Source: Idiomarinaceae bacterium
GTDB lineage: Bacteria; Pseudomonadota; Gammaproteobacteria; Enterobacterales; Alteromonadaceae
Reading direction: 5' to 3'
Assembly: GCA_002685255.1 (NCBI GenBank)
Contig: NYWU01000016.1
Coordinates: forward strand, 115,043-179,042
DNA: 64,000 nt
Under the pieces are notes generated by a model. That model was not told the DNA's origin. It did not search any database and was given only the letters and a program-made list of their open reading frames with translations. Below, piece after piece: positions 48,450 through 59,183 of this stretch. Each line of letters begins with the position of its first letter. The first letter of the stretch is position 1. A program made the position numbers and the translations under genes.

Positions 48450-50552
48450 ATGTCCAAGAAGCTGCTATCTCTTTTAATTGCATCCATTGTATCCGGTCAG
48501 GCATTGGCCCAAGACGAAGTTAACCGTACAGGTGTCGATGAGACCATCGAAATTACCGCAACACGGACTAAAATCCCTCAAAGCGCGATTCCAGCTACGG
48601 TGACCGTCATTGATGGAGAGCAATTGCGCCAGCAAATGATGGTTGCAGAGTCGCTTTCTGATGTCCTCGGCAAGTTGATTCCTGCATTTTCTCCCTCGCG
48701 TCAAAAGTTAACCTCATCGGGCGAGACATTACGCGGCCGCCAGCCACTTTACTTAATTGATGGCGTGCCTCAGTCCAACCCATTACGGGATGGTTCACGC
48801 GCGGCGTATACCATTGACCCGTTCATGATTGAACGTGTAGAAGTCATCCATGGCGCCAGCGCTATTCAAGGTTTAGGCGCAAGCGGCGGTATTATTAATA
48901 TCGTGACTAAGCAGGCACAAGAAGGCACCACGCAAGAAGTAAACGCCGGTTTTACAGCACCCGATAGCGAAATCTCAGAAGGGCTCAGCTACGAAGCGGG
49001 CTATTTAGTACGTCACGCCGAGGGCGATTGGAAGTTTGTTGCTGGTGCACAATACCGCGATACAGGTATGTACGTGGATGGTAAGGGGCAGTTAATTGGT
49101 GTCGATACCACACAAGGCGACACCATGGACTCGAAGAGCTACGACGTGTTTTTCAAAGGTGAATACCGCATTGATAGCACTCAGTCACTGGCGTTAATGG
49201 TCAATCACTTTGATATGGCGGGTAATGGTGATTACTTTGCTACTGTAGGTAACCGCGAACTGGGCGTTCCTGCCCTATCGGTCGAAGGTGAATACCCAGG
49301 CGATGCACCAGAAAACGAAGTCACCACCAGTAGTTTAACCTATAAAAACACCGATATTTTAGGTGCTGACCTCAACTGGCAGCTGTTCTTGCAAGACTTC
49401 TCCGCGCTTTATGGTGGCGGCAACTATGCTACCTTCCAAGATCCGCAGTACGGCGATGATATCTTTGACCAGTCTCGCAATGACTCGCGTAAGTATGGTT
49501 CTCGCATTACCATGAACTGGGCAAAAGTTGCTGACCTGCCTGTTGATGTAACAGCAGGTGTCGACTTCATGAACGATAAGACGTTCCAAGAGCTCGCACA
49601 AACCGGTCGTAAGTGGGTACCGGAGACTGAATTTGAAAACTGGGCGCCATACGCACAGTTGAGCTATCAAGCCAACGGACTCACACTGAGTGGTGGTTTA
49701 CGTTACGAATACGGCAAGCTCAAAGCGGATAGCTTCACCACCCTCGCTTCTTACGGCAGTGTGTTTGTCGAAGGCGGCGAACCGAGCTTCAATGAATTGC
49801 TCACCAACTTAGGCGCAGTTTATGCGTTGAACGATAACTGGCGTGTATTCGCGAGTTACTCTGAAGGCTTTAGCATGCCAGACGTAGGGCGTGTTTTGCG
49901 CGGTATCTCAACACCGGGTTTAAGTGTGAGCAGCTTCTTAGACTTACAGCCAGTACTTGCTGATAACGAGGAAATCGGCGTCGAGTTCAACAACAACGCA
50001 TGGCGTGCTTCAATCAGCTACTATCGTTCTGAATCGGATTTAGGCGCTCGTTTGCAAGCGGATGCTGATGGCATTTACTCGGTTAAACGTGAACGCACTG
50101 AAATCGACGGTATAGAGGCCAGCGCAGAATATGCGTTCTCGAACGATACGGCATTTGGTTTGAACTACGCTGATACTGACGGGGAGTTTGACAGTGATGG
50201 CGATAACCAAGTCGATACGCAGCTTGGTGGTCGTAATATCGCCCCGAAACGCGCGAACCTGTACTGGTCACAACAATGGACTGGACAAGTTTCGAGCCGG
50301 GTACAGTGGAACAAGTTCTTTGACCGCGACATCTACTCAGGTGCCGAAGCCGTTAATAACTTTGATGGCTATAACACCGTCGATGCATCGGTCTTGCTTG
50401 AAACTCGCGACTATGGTCAATTTGCGCTCGGTATCGAGAACTTATTCGATGAGTACTACTTCACCTACTATGCACAAACGGTCGGTGGTGATAACCGTAA
50501 CTTTACCGGTCGCGGACGTACTATCAGCTTAAACTGGAACTACGCTTGGTAA
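48450..50552 (+). CDS. TonB-dependent siderophore receptor (IutA-like)
   Basis: signal peptide; plug YLIDGVPQ, IERVEVIHGASAIQG.GASGGIINIVTK; ENLFDEYY, GRGRT; terminal aromatic W. Confidence 0.88.
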   Translation: MSKKLLSLLIASIVSGQALAQDEVNRTGVDETIEITATRTKIPQSAIPATVTVIDGEQLRQQMMVAESLSDVLGKLIPAFSPSRQKLTSSGETLRGRQPLYLIDGVPQSNPLRDGSRAAYTIDPFMIERVEVIHGASAIQGLGASGGIINIVTKQAQEGTTQEVNAGFTAPDSEISEGLSYEAGYLVRHAEGDWKFVAGAQYRDTGMYVDGKGQLIGVDTTQGDTMDSKSYDVFFKGEYRIDSTQSLALMVNHFDMAGNGDYFATVGNRELGVPALSVEGEYPGDAPENEVTTSSLTYKNTDILGADLNWQLFLQDFSALYGGGNYATFQDPQYGDDIFDQSRNDSRKYGSRITMNWAKVADLPVDVTAGVDFMNDKTFQELAQTGRKWVPETEFENWAPYAQLSYQANGLTLSGGLRYEYGKLKADSFTTLASYGSVFVEGGEPSFNELLTNLGAVYALNDNWRVFASYSEGFSMPDVGRVLRGISTPGLSVSSFLDLQPVLADNEEIGVEFNNNAWRASISYYRSESDLGARLQADADGIYSVKRERTEIDGIEASAEYAFSNDTAFGLNYADTDGEFDSDGDNQVDTQLGGRNIAPKRANLYWSQQWTGQVSSRVQWNKFFDRDIYSGAEAVNNFDGYNTVDASVLLETRDYGQFALGIENLFDEYYFTYYAQTVGGDNRNFTGRGRTISLNWNYAW

Positions 50553-50559
50553 GTCATAC

Positions 50560-51594
50560 GTGAAGCGCATTAAGCTACCGTCACTGACACAGTGGCATCG
50601 CTGGCTTGGCCTTGTGCTGAGTGGCTGGGTACTGCTCATGGCAGTGACGGGCTCAATGCTGTTATTCAAAAATCAGTGGCTGATGTGGCAATACCCCAGT
50701 CTGCGACTCAACAATCCCGTGTCGCAAGCGACATCAGCAACTATTGCCGATCACTATACGGCAGGGTACGCGTATCTTCCTACTGACGACCGCCCCTGGT
50801 TTGAGCTGGTTGATGGTGACGGTAACCATCATTATTTTGGCCCTCAAGGTGAGCAACTGCTTACTCGAGCGCCCTACGCTGACACGGTGAGCTGGTTTGT
50901 CGAACTGCACCATCATCTTGCGCTTGATGAGTTCGGCAAGGACATCCTCGGAGTATTGTCGCTACTTGCCTTGGTATTGATTACCACCGGCTTAGTACGC
51001 TGGTGGCCTAAACGACAATGGCGCTGGAAAAACCTCGCCGTACGCTTTTATAACCCGTTCTCGGCTAAAGGCATGCAAACCTTATGGCAATTGCACCGCA
51101 GCACCGGTGCTATCGTCTTTATCCCGGTGGCATTACTGATGCTTACTGGTAGTGCGATTATGTATGCGAGCACGGTCAAAGGCGGTTTAACCACCCTATT
51201 ACCGATGACCGATTCACGGATACACCACTCAGTACCCGAACGCTCAGCAACACACTGGAAGGAACGCTTTGAAGTCGCCCGTACCGTCCTACCTAACGCC
51301 GATATTCGCTTAATTTATTTAGACTCAGGGCGCATGCGCTTAAAATGGCCTGATGAATGGCATCCGAATGGTCGTAATTACATTGCGTTTGATGAAACTG
51401 GGACACTTTCCAGCATAACGGATGTGCGGACACGCCCCTTAGGTGAGCAAGTGTCCCATATGATCTATCCGCTACATGTGGCGGCTATTGGTGGCACCGC
51501 CATGACCCTGGTTATTTTGGCAGGGGGGATTGCGCTATTACTACTACCTATGACCGGTGTTTGGTTTTACCTAAAACGTCGCAACAAACGTTAG
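50560..51594 (+). CDS. PepSY-associated TM helix protein
   Basis: HRWLGL, ELHHHL, TGLVRWW, LHRSTG, YPLHV. Confidence 0.85.
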   Translation: MKRIKLPSLTQWHRWLGLVLSGWVLLMAVTGSMLLFKNQWLMWQYPSLRLNNPVSQATSATIADHYTAGYAYLPTDDRPWFELVDGDGNHHYFGPQGEQLLTRAPYADTVSWFVELHHHLALDEFGKDILGVLSLLALVLITTGLVRWWPKRQWRWKNLAVRFYNPFSAKGMQTLWQLHRSTGAIVFIPVALLMLTGSAIMYASTVKGGLTTLLPMTDSRIHHSVPERSATHWKERFEVARTVLPNADIRLIYLDSGRMRLKWPDEWHPNGRNYIAFDETGTLSSITDVRTRPLGEQVSHMIYPLHVAAIGGTAMTLVILAGGIALLLLPMTGVWFYLKRRNKR

Positions 51595-52703
51595 TCTGCA
51601 TAAACGCGTGGCACGCGACGTGTCACTTGAGCAAATAGCTCGTAAGTGATTGTCCGCGCTTGATCGGCAATCACTTGTATCGGTAGACGCTCACCCCAGA
51701 GTTCAACATTATCGCCGAGCTCAATACCCTCAATATCGGTCACATCGACCGTAATCATATCCATCGAAATACGACCGACTAAACAGCCTACTTGATCATT
51801 AATAATCATCGGTGTGCCATCGGGTAAGCTACGCGGGTAGCCATCGGCGTAACCTATTGCCACCGTCGCGATACGGCTCTCTCGTTGTGCTCGCCAGCGA
51901 CTCCCATAACCTACGGTTTCACCTGGCTGAATTGTGCGTAACGCGATCACGGGCGCTTCAAGCACCATGGTTGGTTTGAGTAGTTCAGCGTCGCTTAATT
52001 CAGCCTGAGAGGGGTTTTGCCCATACAGCGCAATCCCTGCCCGAAACCATTTAGTCAGGCCCATCGCGTCCAGTACATCGTCACCCAACATAAAGGCACT
52101 GTTTGCCACGCTAACACCATCTATTTTATCACGCACCGCATGGAGTACCGCGTAAAAGCGTTCTAACTGCATCGCGGTCAACGGGCTCTCAGGATTATCC
52201 GCCTCAGCAAAGTGAGTCATCAGCACAATGTGGTTGATCTGCGCATGCGCGCGAAGCTGTCCTACCGCCTCTTCGACGTCATCGGCAAAAAAGCCTAATC
52301 GGTGCATACCTGAGTCTTGCTTCAGCCAAACGTTAACCCAATTGGTTTCCGAAGTAATTTCGCTCAGAAACTCAATTTGCTGCGCGTTGTGTATCACGGG
52401 TTCAAAGTGCTGCTCAGCGCATATCAACCAGTCTTCAGTGCTGTATACCCCCTGCAAAATGACGATGGGCTTGTCGATACCTGAGTCGCGTAACGCAATC
52501 GCTTCATCAATAAAAGCAACGGCGTATTTTTCGACGTAATCCGCGATGGCATGCGCCACTTCTGTCGCGCCATGACCGTATCCGTCCGCTTTTATAACGC
52601 CTAGCATCGGCTGCTGGTCGATATACGACTTTAATTGTTTGGCATTGTCCCGTAAATTTGTCAGTAAGATACGAGCGCGGGTTTGTCGATGCGGCTGAGA
52701 CAT
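51591..52703 (-). CDS. alr: Alanine racemase
   Basis: VIKADGYGHG, DSGMHRLG, THFAEAD, GYADG, GRISMD. Confidence 0.95.
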   Translation of the reverse strand: MSQPHRQTRARILLTNLRDNAKQLKSYIDQQPMLGVIKADGYGHGATEVAHAIADYVEKYAVAFIDEAIALRDSGIDKPIVILQGVYSTEDWLICAEQHFEPVIHNAQQIEFLSEITSETNWVNVWLKQDSGMHRLGFFADDVEEAVGQLRAHAQINHIVLMTHFAEADNPESPLTAMQLERFYAVLHAVRDKIDGVSVANSAFMLGDDVLDAMGLTKWFRAGIALYGQNPSQAELSDAELLKPTMVLEAPVIALRTIQPGETVGYGSRWRAQRESRIATVAIGYADGYPRSLPDGTPMIINDQVGCLVGRISMDMITVDVTDIEGIELGDNVELWGERLPIQVIADQARTITYELFAQVTRRVPRVYAD

Positions 52704-52850
52704 GCAGGCGATCCAAAGCTCAAATAGGTAAATGATAGCGAACATTTAATCATGTTCGTGACTTGGCTTCGAGCGTTTTAGCGCGGTTTCAATGATGATT
52801 TTTCGAAGCGTTTACAGAACACCCGTTAGAATAAAAATTAAGGACGCATT

Positions 52851-54890
52851 ATGTGGTTAAAAACATCCGCTCTGGTAATTGGGCTTGCAACGTTATCACC
52901 GTCTATTAACGCACAAACCAATGACTATTTTGCTATCGACGATATCTTTCAGCTCGAGTATGCGAATGATGTAAGCATCTCGCCTAATGGACGCTATATC
53001 GCCTACATTCGTAATCGCTTTAACGATATGAAGGACAACACCGAGCGTTCGGTCTGGATCCTTGATACGGCATCAAATCAACACTATCCACTCTTTGATG
53101 AGGGCGACGCCTACGGCAACTTAACGTGGTCACCTGACAGTCAACGGCTAGCATTAACATCCAATCGCAAGGACAGTTATCAGGTTCATGTGTATTGGCT
53201 CAACCAAGACAAGCACGCAGAGATTACCCATGTACATGAATCGCCGAGTCAATTGGCTTGGTCACCTGATGGTGAGTCGATCGCGTTCTTAATGGATGTA
53301 GCGGCAGAAAAAACGGTCTTTGAAAAGAAAGTAAAACGTCCCACTAAACCGGAGGGCGCCGACTGGGGTGGGCAACCGATTGTTGTGCAAGAAGCTTATT
53401 ATCAAAGCGATGGCCAAGGTGTGCTAAAACCCGCACATGCACAAATTTTTACTGTTCCAGCGACCGGTGGCAGTGTACAGCAATTAACCACGGGGGCGTT
53501 CCGCCATTCTGGGCCACTGACTTGGAGTCATGATGGCGCGTCGATCGTGTTTTCCGCTAACCGCGACAAAGACTGGGCCTATGAGGTTAATGACAGTGAC
53601 CTTTATGCCGTTAATGTGAAAACTCAGCAGCTCACGCGCATCACTCAGGCGCCGGGTCAGGAATACGCACCACAGTTTTCACCCGATGGTGAGCATTTGG
53701 TTTATTTACACAGTAGCGATGAGCCGGTTCCTTATCACAAAGGTGAACTGTGGGTCATGGACTGGGCCTCGAAACAAAAACGCGAGCTGCAAAGCGAATT
53801 AGATCGCTCGTTTGCCAACCCACAGTGGAATGGCGAGGACGCGATTGCGGTGCAATTTGCAGACCGCGGTAAAACCGTGATTGCCAACGTCAGTCTAGAC
53901 GATGAATTAACCCGCCGTGTTGATGATGTGTCAGGTACCTATGTCAGTCGCCCGTATACGATGGGCAGTTTCAGCGCATCGAACAATGGCGCTATCGCTT
54001 ATACGCAAGGTACTCCTTACCGTCCTGCCGATGTCGGTTATCAAGCGTCTGGGGATGAAACACACACGTTGACTCAGCTTAACGAAGACTTATTGGGCAA
54101 CAAAAAGCTCGGCAAGGTACACGAAATCACATACAACTCGAGCTACGATGATCAACCGATTCAGGGTTGGTATATCACCCCCCCGGACTTTGACGAAGAT
54201 AAAGAGTATCCGCTGATCGTTGAAATTCATGGCGGTCCGCATCTTTCTTACGGTCCTCATTTTGCCGCCGAGCATCAGCGCTACGCAGCTGAAGGCTACG
54301 TCGTTCTGTACGTAAACTACCGTGGTAGCACCTCTTACGGAAAAGACTTCGCGATGCTACTCGATGGCAACTACGCTTCAGAGTATGACTTTGCTGATCA
54401 TATGAGTGGTGTTGATGCGATGATTGATAAGGGCTTTGTTGATGCAGACAACTTATTTATTGCCGGCGGCTCGGCAGGCGGCATCGCCACAGCTTACGCG
54501 GTAGGCTTAACCGACCGATTTAATGCAGCAGCGGCCACCAACCCTGTGATTAACTGGGTCAGTAAAGTACTCACGGCGGATAGTTCTATTGGGCAGATTA
54601 CCAATCAGTTTCCAGCGATGCCATGGGAGGATTTAGACCATTATTGGAAACGCTCACCATTGTCACTTGTAGGAAACGTCTCGACGCCTGTATTGTTATT
54701 TACTGGTGAAAATGATCGTCGCACGCCTATCTCAGAGACTGAACAGTTCTACCAAGCGCTGAAGTTGCGCCACGTCGATACTGCCATGGTCCGAGTGCCT
54801 GGCGCGTCTCACGGCGTAACCTACCGTCCTTCACATATGATTGCCAAGATCGAACACGCGTTAGCCTGGTTCGAACACTATAAGAAGTAA
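52851..54890 (+). CDS. Secreted S9C dipeptidyl/acylaminoacyl peptidase
   Basis: signal peptide; PD40 repeats; EIHGGPH, GGSAGG, D.RTP, GASHG. Confidence 0.92.
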   Translation: MWLKTSALVIGLATLSPSINAQTNDYFAIDDIFQLEYANDVSISPNGRYIAYIRNRFNDMKDNTERSVWILDTASNQHYPLFDEGDAYGNLTWSPDSQRLALTSNRKDSYQVHVYWLNQDKHAEITHVHESPSQLAWSPDGESIAFLMDVAAEKTVFEKKVKRPTKPEGADWGGQPIVVQEAYYQSDGQGVLKPAHAQIFTVPATGGSVQQLTTGAFRHSGPLTWSHDGASIVFSANRDKDWAYEVNDSDLYAVNVKTQQLTRITQAPGQEYAPQFSPDGEHLVYLHSSDEPVPYHKGELWVMDWASKQKRELQSELDRSFANPQWNGEDAIAVQFADRGKTVIANVSLDDELTRRVDDVSGTYVSRPYTMGSFSASNNGAIAYTQGTPYRPADVGYQASGDETHTLTQLNEDLLGNKKLGKVHEITYNSSYDDQPIQGWYITPPDFDEDKEYPLIVEIHGGPHLSYGPHFAAEHQRYAAEGYVVLYVNYRGSTSYGKDFAMLLDGNYASEYDFADHMSGVDAMIDKGFVDADNLFIAGGSAGGIATAYAVGLTDRFNAAAATNPVINWVSKVLTADSSIGQITNQFPAMPWEDLDHYWKRSPLSLVGNVSTPVLLFTGENDRRTPISETEQFYQALKLRHVDTAMVRVPGASHGVTYRPSHMIAKIEHALAWFEHYKK

Positions 54891-54897
54891 TGGTTTT

Positions 54898-55716
54898 ATG
54901 ATTGAACAGTTAGTGACGCTTGGTCCTGCCGGCACGTTCTCGGAGCGTGCCGCGCAGCACTTTCAGCAACAGTTAGGCGACTCAGTGCCCATTGTGTTTA
55001 AAAGCACGTTGCCAGATGTCCTACACAGCGTAAATGACACACAACTTGCGGTCGTTCCTATCGAGAACCTAATTGATGGTTTCGTGTCGCCCGTTGTCGA
55101 CCATTTTGCACACCATCCATTGTATATTCACGCAGAATATCGACTGCCCATTCAGTATCATTTGCTCGCTAACAGTCAGCATCCAGAGCAAGTATGGGCG
55201 CAATTTGTGGCTGCCGGGCAGTGTCATCACGCGTTAAATACCCTGTCATTACCGATTGTGCATACCGCAAGCAACACCGCTTCGTTGAATGAGTTAGTCG
55301 CTGCAGATAAACCGTCGGCCGCCGTTGTCCCGAGCCATATACCCTGCCCAGAACAGTTGCATTGTATTCAGCGTACTATCGCCGATAGCCACAAAAACCA
55401 AACCCGCTTTGTGTTACTATCCGCGCACGCCGAGCCCTTGCTGGCACTGCAAGATAGCCGTTGGAAAAGTAGCGTGATGCTGATCGACGATAATGACCAC
55501 CCGGGCTTACTCGTTGATAGTTTAAAAGCGTTTGCCGAGCAAGGCATTAACTTAACCTCGATTGTTTCACGTCCGACCGGGGATGGTTTTGGCCAGTATC
55601 ACTTTTTCATCGATTTTGATGGTCATGAACAGGATCTTTCGGTACAGAAGGCGCTCAAAAAGCTCGCTGAGTTGAATCAAATTCGCTGGTTGGGTTCGTA
55701 TCCAGCCTTTAATTAG
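54898..55716 (+). CDS. pheA: Monofunctional prephenate dehydratase (PDT+ACT, no chorismate mutase)
   Basis: LGPAGTFS, PIEN, NQTRF, ACT domain PG.L...L..F...GINLT.I.SRP. Confidence 0.75.
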   Translation: MIEQLVTLGPAGTFSERAAQHFQQQLGDSVPIVFKSTLPDVLHSVNDTQLAVVPIENLIDGFVSPVVDHFAHHPLYIHAEYRLPIQYHLLANSQHPEQVWAQFVAAGQCHHALNTLSLPIVHTASNTASLNELVAADKPSAAVVPSHIPCPEQLHCIQRTIADSHKNQTRFVLLSAHAEPLLALQDSRWKSSVMLIDDNDHPGLLVDSLKAFAEQGINLTSIVSRPTGDGFGQYHFFIDFDGHEQDLSVQKALKKLAELNQIRWLGSYPAFN

Positions 55717-55724
55717 GAGATTTT

Positions 55725-56375
55725 ATGCAGTTAGAAGTAATCAAACACGATCCAAGCGAACCCGCCGATGCGGTCATTATCTGGTTGCACGGACTGGGCG
55801 CCTCGGGAAACGACTTCGTCCCCATGGTTGAACACTTAAATTTAGCCCCGGCCCGCGTACGTTTCTTATTCCCTCACGCGCCACGTCTTCCGGTCACCAT
55901 TAATCAAGGTATGGTGATGCCCGCTTGGTATGACATCACAGCGATGACCATTGATCGTGAGATTGATGCGACCCAATTACGCGCTTCTGCTGCCGCGATT
56001 CATCAAATGATCGATGAGCAAATAGAGCAAGGCATTGATAGCAAACGCATTATTATTGCTGGCTTTTCACAAGGCGGTGCAGTCGGCTATGAGGCCGCGT
56101 TAACCTACCCCAAACCCTTGGGTGGTTTGATGGCACACTCGACTTATTTCGCAACGCAAGGTGACATAAAACCTGCCGAGGCAAATCGTTCACTGCCGAT
56201 TTTAGTACAACACGGTACGCAAGACCCCGTTGTTCCTGAAACGCTCGGTCAACGGGCTGTGGCGCAGTTAAAAGAGATGGGTTACGAAGTGACTTATCAA
56301 ACCTACCCCATGCCGCATTCACTATGCATGGAGCAGGTTGAGGATATGCAGAAGTGGTTACTCGAGCGCCTTTAA
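55725..56375 (+). CDS. Carboxylesterase/phospholipase (alpha/beta hydrolase)
   Basis: WLHGLGA, MPAWYDI, GFSQG, HGTQD, PHS. Confidence 0.9.
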   Translation: MQLEVIKHDPSEPADAVIIWLHGLGASGNDFVPMVEHLNLAPARVRFLFPHAPRLPVTINQGMVMPAWYDITAMTIDREIDATQLRASAAAIHQMIDEQIEQGIDSKRIIIAGFSQGGAVGYEAALTYPKPLGGLMAHSTYFATQGDIKPAEANRSLPILVQHGTQDPVVPETLGQRAVAQLKEMGYEVTYQTYPMPHSLCMEQVEDMQKWLLERL

Positions 56376-57463
56376 GCGTCTTTTAACACTTGTAGCTCGT
56401 CGCACCATTGGTCGGCGAGCTTATGAGCACGCTCAGCACTGTCGACCATTAGGTTGACGTGGCCCACTTTACGACCGGGGCGCGCGTCTTTGCCGTACCA
56501 ATGACAATCAGCGGCACCGGCTTCCCATAACACTTCCGGAAAACCGTCAATGCCAATGGCATTTAGCATCAATGTGGGAGCAACGAGTAAATCTGGTGTG
56601 GGTAACCCCGTAATTGCGCGCATGTGCAGATTAAACTGGTCACAATTTGAACCACTCATCGTCCAGTGACCCGAGTTATGAACACGCGGCGCAATTTCGT
56701 TGACCAATAATTGTTGGTCGTCACCCTCGCCCACCACAAAAAACTCGATAGCTAACACACCAATATAATCGAGTTCATCGGTCAGTTTTTGGTGATACGC
56801 CTGCGCCTGACGCTCCAGTGCTTCGGAAAAACTCTGTGCACCGGCAATGCTATAAGCCAGAATGCCTTTGCGATGGACATTTAACGTTAATGGATAGCCA
56901 CGCTGTTCACCATGATGATCGCGTGCTGCGACAACTGAGACTTCATCGCTGAAGTCGATCATATCCTCGACGATCCCTGGACGTTGTCCCGCCTCGGCGA
57001 TGATGTCATCTTTTGCCTGACCGGGCTTCCAGCGCCACTGACCTTTACCATCATAACCGCCCTTCGCTGATTTAATAACAACCGCGCGGTCACAGTCAGC
57101 CAAAATGCTCTCGAGCTCAGCAGCGTCATTAAAAGGTTGCCATTCAGACGTTGGAATTTCTAGCGTGTCACAAAGGGCTTTTTGCGTGCGACGGTCGGTT
57201 AGTTGGCGGAATAGACTGGCTTTTAATAACCACTTATCTGCCGTCGCATCAATCAGATCATCGGCAAGGTGTTCATGTTCCCAAGTGACAACGTCAGCCC
57301 ACTCTTTTGCTTCTTCCAAGGTTAAAGCCAGTGCTTGCTGGCTACCCAGTGCCTTCACTTGATGGTCGCGGTCGCTGTACAAAATACATTCATGGCCTTG
57401 CTGGATAGCCGCTTTACCCAGCATCTGCCCCAACTGTCCGTTACCTAAAATCAGTACTTTCAT
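56372..57463 (-). CDS. purK: N5-CAIR synthetase
   Basis: [36 protein letters not shown]. Confidence 0.95.
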   Translation of the reverse strand: MKVLILGNGQLGQMLGKAAIQQGHECILYSDRDHQVKALGSQQALALTLEEAKEWADVVTWEHEHLADDLIDATADKWLLKASLFRQLTDRRTQKALCDTLEIPTSEWQPFNDAAELESILADCDRAVVIKSAKGGYDGKGQWRWKPGQAKDDIIAEAGQRPGIVEDMIDFSDEVSVVAARDHHGEQRGYPLTLNVHRKGILAYSIAGAQSFSEALERQAQAYHQKLTDELDYIGVLAIEFFVVGEGDDQQLLVNEIAPRVHNSGHWTMSGSNCDQFNLHMRAITGLPTPDLLVAPTLMLNAIGIDGFPEVLWEAGAADCHWYGKDARPGRKVGHVNLMVDSAERAHKLADQWCDELQVLKDA

Positions 57464-57951
57464 TCTGGTAACTCCAAGTCTGCATTCGCCATTACTTTAT
57501 CGCGCTGTTGGTTGCGAAACTCGGTCACACGCTGACGCACGGTCGGGTCGAATGAGCCGACAATTTGTGCTGCGAGTAAACCGGCATTAGCCGCACCTGC
57601 GTCACCGATCGCCAACGTACCTACCGCTACGCCTTTGGGCATTTGCACAATAGAAAGCAAACTATCAAGTCCTTTAAGCTGTTTGCTCGATACCGGTACA
57701 CCCAGCACAGGAATCGACGTGTGTGCAGCGAGCATACCGGGCAAATGAGCGGCGCCACCGGCACCTGCGATGACTACCTTTACGTCATCCTTTTCTGCTT
57801 GCTCCATAGACGATTTGAGCAAATCGGGCGTACGGTGCGCTGAAACCACTTTTGCTTCCCAGCTTACGCCCAAGTCTTTGAGCATATAGGCTGCTTTCTG
57901 CATGGTTGGCCAGTCAGATTGCGAACCCATTAAGATCAGTACGGTAGCCAT
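57460..57951 (-). CDS. purE: N5-CAIR mutase
   Basis: [31 protein letters not shown]. Confidence 0.97.
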   Translation of the reverse strand: MATVLILMGSQSDWPTMQKAAYMLKDLGVSWEAKVVSAHRTPDLLKSSMEQAEKDDVKVVIAGAGGAAHLPGMLAAHTSIPVLGVPVSSKQLKGLDSLLSIVQMPKGVAVGTLAIGDAGAANAGLLAAQIVGSFDPTVRQRVTEFRNQQRDKVMANADLELPE

Positions 57952-58131
57952 GTATCACCTTTTGAAAGAGAGGGGGCTGAAAAGGGCGAAATTGTAGCGA
58001 TCAGGGGACAAAACTGCAAATATTCTGCGGTTTTTTTGACCGTTAACGAGCCCCGTTGCGACCAAAGCACTATGTACATAATACGCCTTTTCGGTAGTAT
58101 GGTTATAAACGCTTAATTTAAGGTCAGACCT

Positions 58132-58677
58132 ATGTTGTTAAAACGCGATGAATCCATCATTTTGATTGTGGATGCACAAGAGCGTATTACGCCAGCCATT
58201 CATCAACGCGACATTGTTACCTCACGTATGCGTTGGCTCGGTGAAATAGCACTGCAGCTCGATGTACCGGTGCTTATAACGGAGCAGTACCCTAAAGGGT
58301 TGGGTTATACCGTTTCAGCGCTACAAGAAATTATTGAAGCTGCTCGTGTTGTTGAAAAAACCCATTTTAGCGCTTGGCGTGAGTCGACGTTCCAAGAGGT
58401 TGTTAAAGAATATGATAAAAAGCAAATCGTCATCATGGGCATGGAAACCCATGTGTGCGTGATGCAAACAGCGCTCGACCTTGTTGCGCAGGGGTATCAA
58501 GTGTTTTTGCCAACAGATACGGTTGGCTCTCGCCGCCCGAATGACAAAGACACGGCCGTTGCACGTATGCGCGAAGCCGGTGTGCAAATTGTAACGTCGG
58601 AAATGGTCGCTTTTGAGTGGCTTGAAAAGTCAGGTACTGACACGTTTCGGCACATTAGCAAAAACTGGTTAAAATAA
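58132..58677 (+). CDS. Isochorismatase-family hydrolase (YcaC-like)
   Basis: IVDAQE, TEQYPKGLG, EKTHFS, GMETHVCV. Confidence 0.88.
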   Translation: MLLKRDESIILIVDAQERITPAIHQRDIVTSRMRWLGEIALQLDVPVLITEQYPKGLGYTVSALQEIIEAARVVEKTHFSAWRESTFQEVVKEYDKKQIVIMGMETHVCVMQTALDLVAQGYQVFLPTDTVGSRRPNDKDTAVARMREAGVQIVTSEMVAFEWLEKSGTDTFRHISKNWLK

Positions 58678-58689
58678 GTCCGAGTTTAA

Positions 58690-58717
58690 TTGACAGACCT
58701 AAACAAGGGTATATACT
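58690..58717 (+). promoter_or_regulatory. csp promoter with ~130-nt 5' UTR
   Basis: TTGACA-16-TATACT; long leader typical of cold-inducible csp mRNAs. Confidence 0.7.
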
Positions 58718-58854
58718 GATGATCGCTGATGAAATTCGGCTATTGTTTTGAGATTTGTGTACGAAGTCCTTCTTTGCTGTACCTCGTTTTGTAAGTCCAA
58801 GTAATACCAATTTCTGAGCATTTTTAATTCACATGCATTACGAGGAATATCAGC

Positions 58855-59061
58855 ATGTCTACTACTACTGGTAAAGTTAAGTTTTTCAACGAAGCTAAAG
58901 GCTTTGGTTTCATCGAACAAGAAAACGGCGCAGACGTTTTCGTTCACTTCAGTGCAATCCAAGCTGACGGTTTCAAAACTTTAGCTGAAGGCCAACAAGT
59001 TTCTTTCACTGTTGCTCAAGGTCCTAAAGGTCCTCAAGCAGAAAACGTAGTTCCTATGTAA
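58855..59061 (+). CDS. Cold-shock protein (CspA family)
   Basis: KGFGFI (RNP1), VFVHF (RNP2), GPKGPQA. Confidence 0.96.
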   Translation: MSTTTGKVKFFNEAKGFGFIEQENGADVFVHFSAIQADGFKTLAEGQQVSFTVAQGPKGPQAENVVPM

Positions 59062-59082
59062 TCTACGTTTAAAAAGAATTCT

Positions 59083-59109
59083 AAACGCCGCTTTTTAGCG
59101 GCGTTTTTT
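59083..59109 (+). terminator. Rho-independent terminator
   Basis: AAACGCCGCT-tttt-AGCGGCGTTTTTT. Confidence 0.88.
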
Positions 59110-59154
59110 ATTTCTATTCAAGAATTTGGGGACACTGACGATATTCATATATCC

Positions 59155-59168
59155 TTGATATAAATCAA
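59155..59168 (+). promoter_or_regulatory. FNR box 15 bp upstream of the aer start
   Basis: TTGAT-ATAA-ATCAA, perfect consensus. Confidence 0.65.
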
Positions 59169-59183
59169 GAAGAGAAGGATAGT

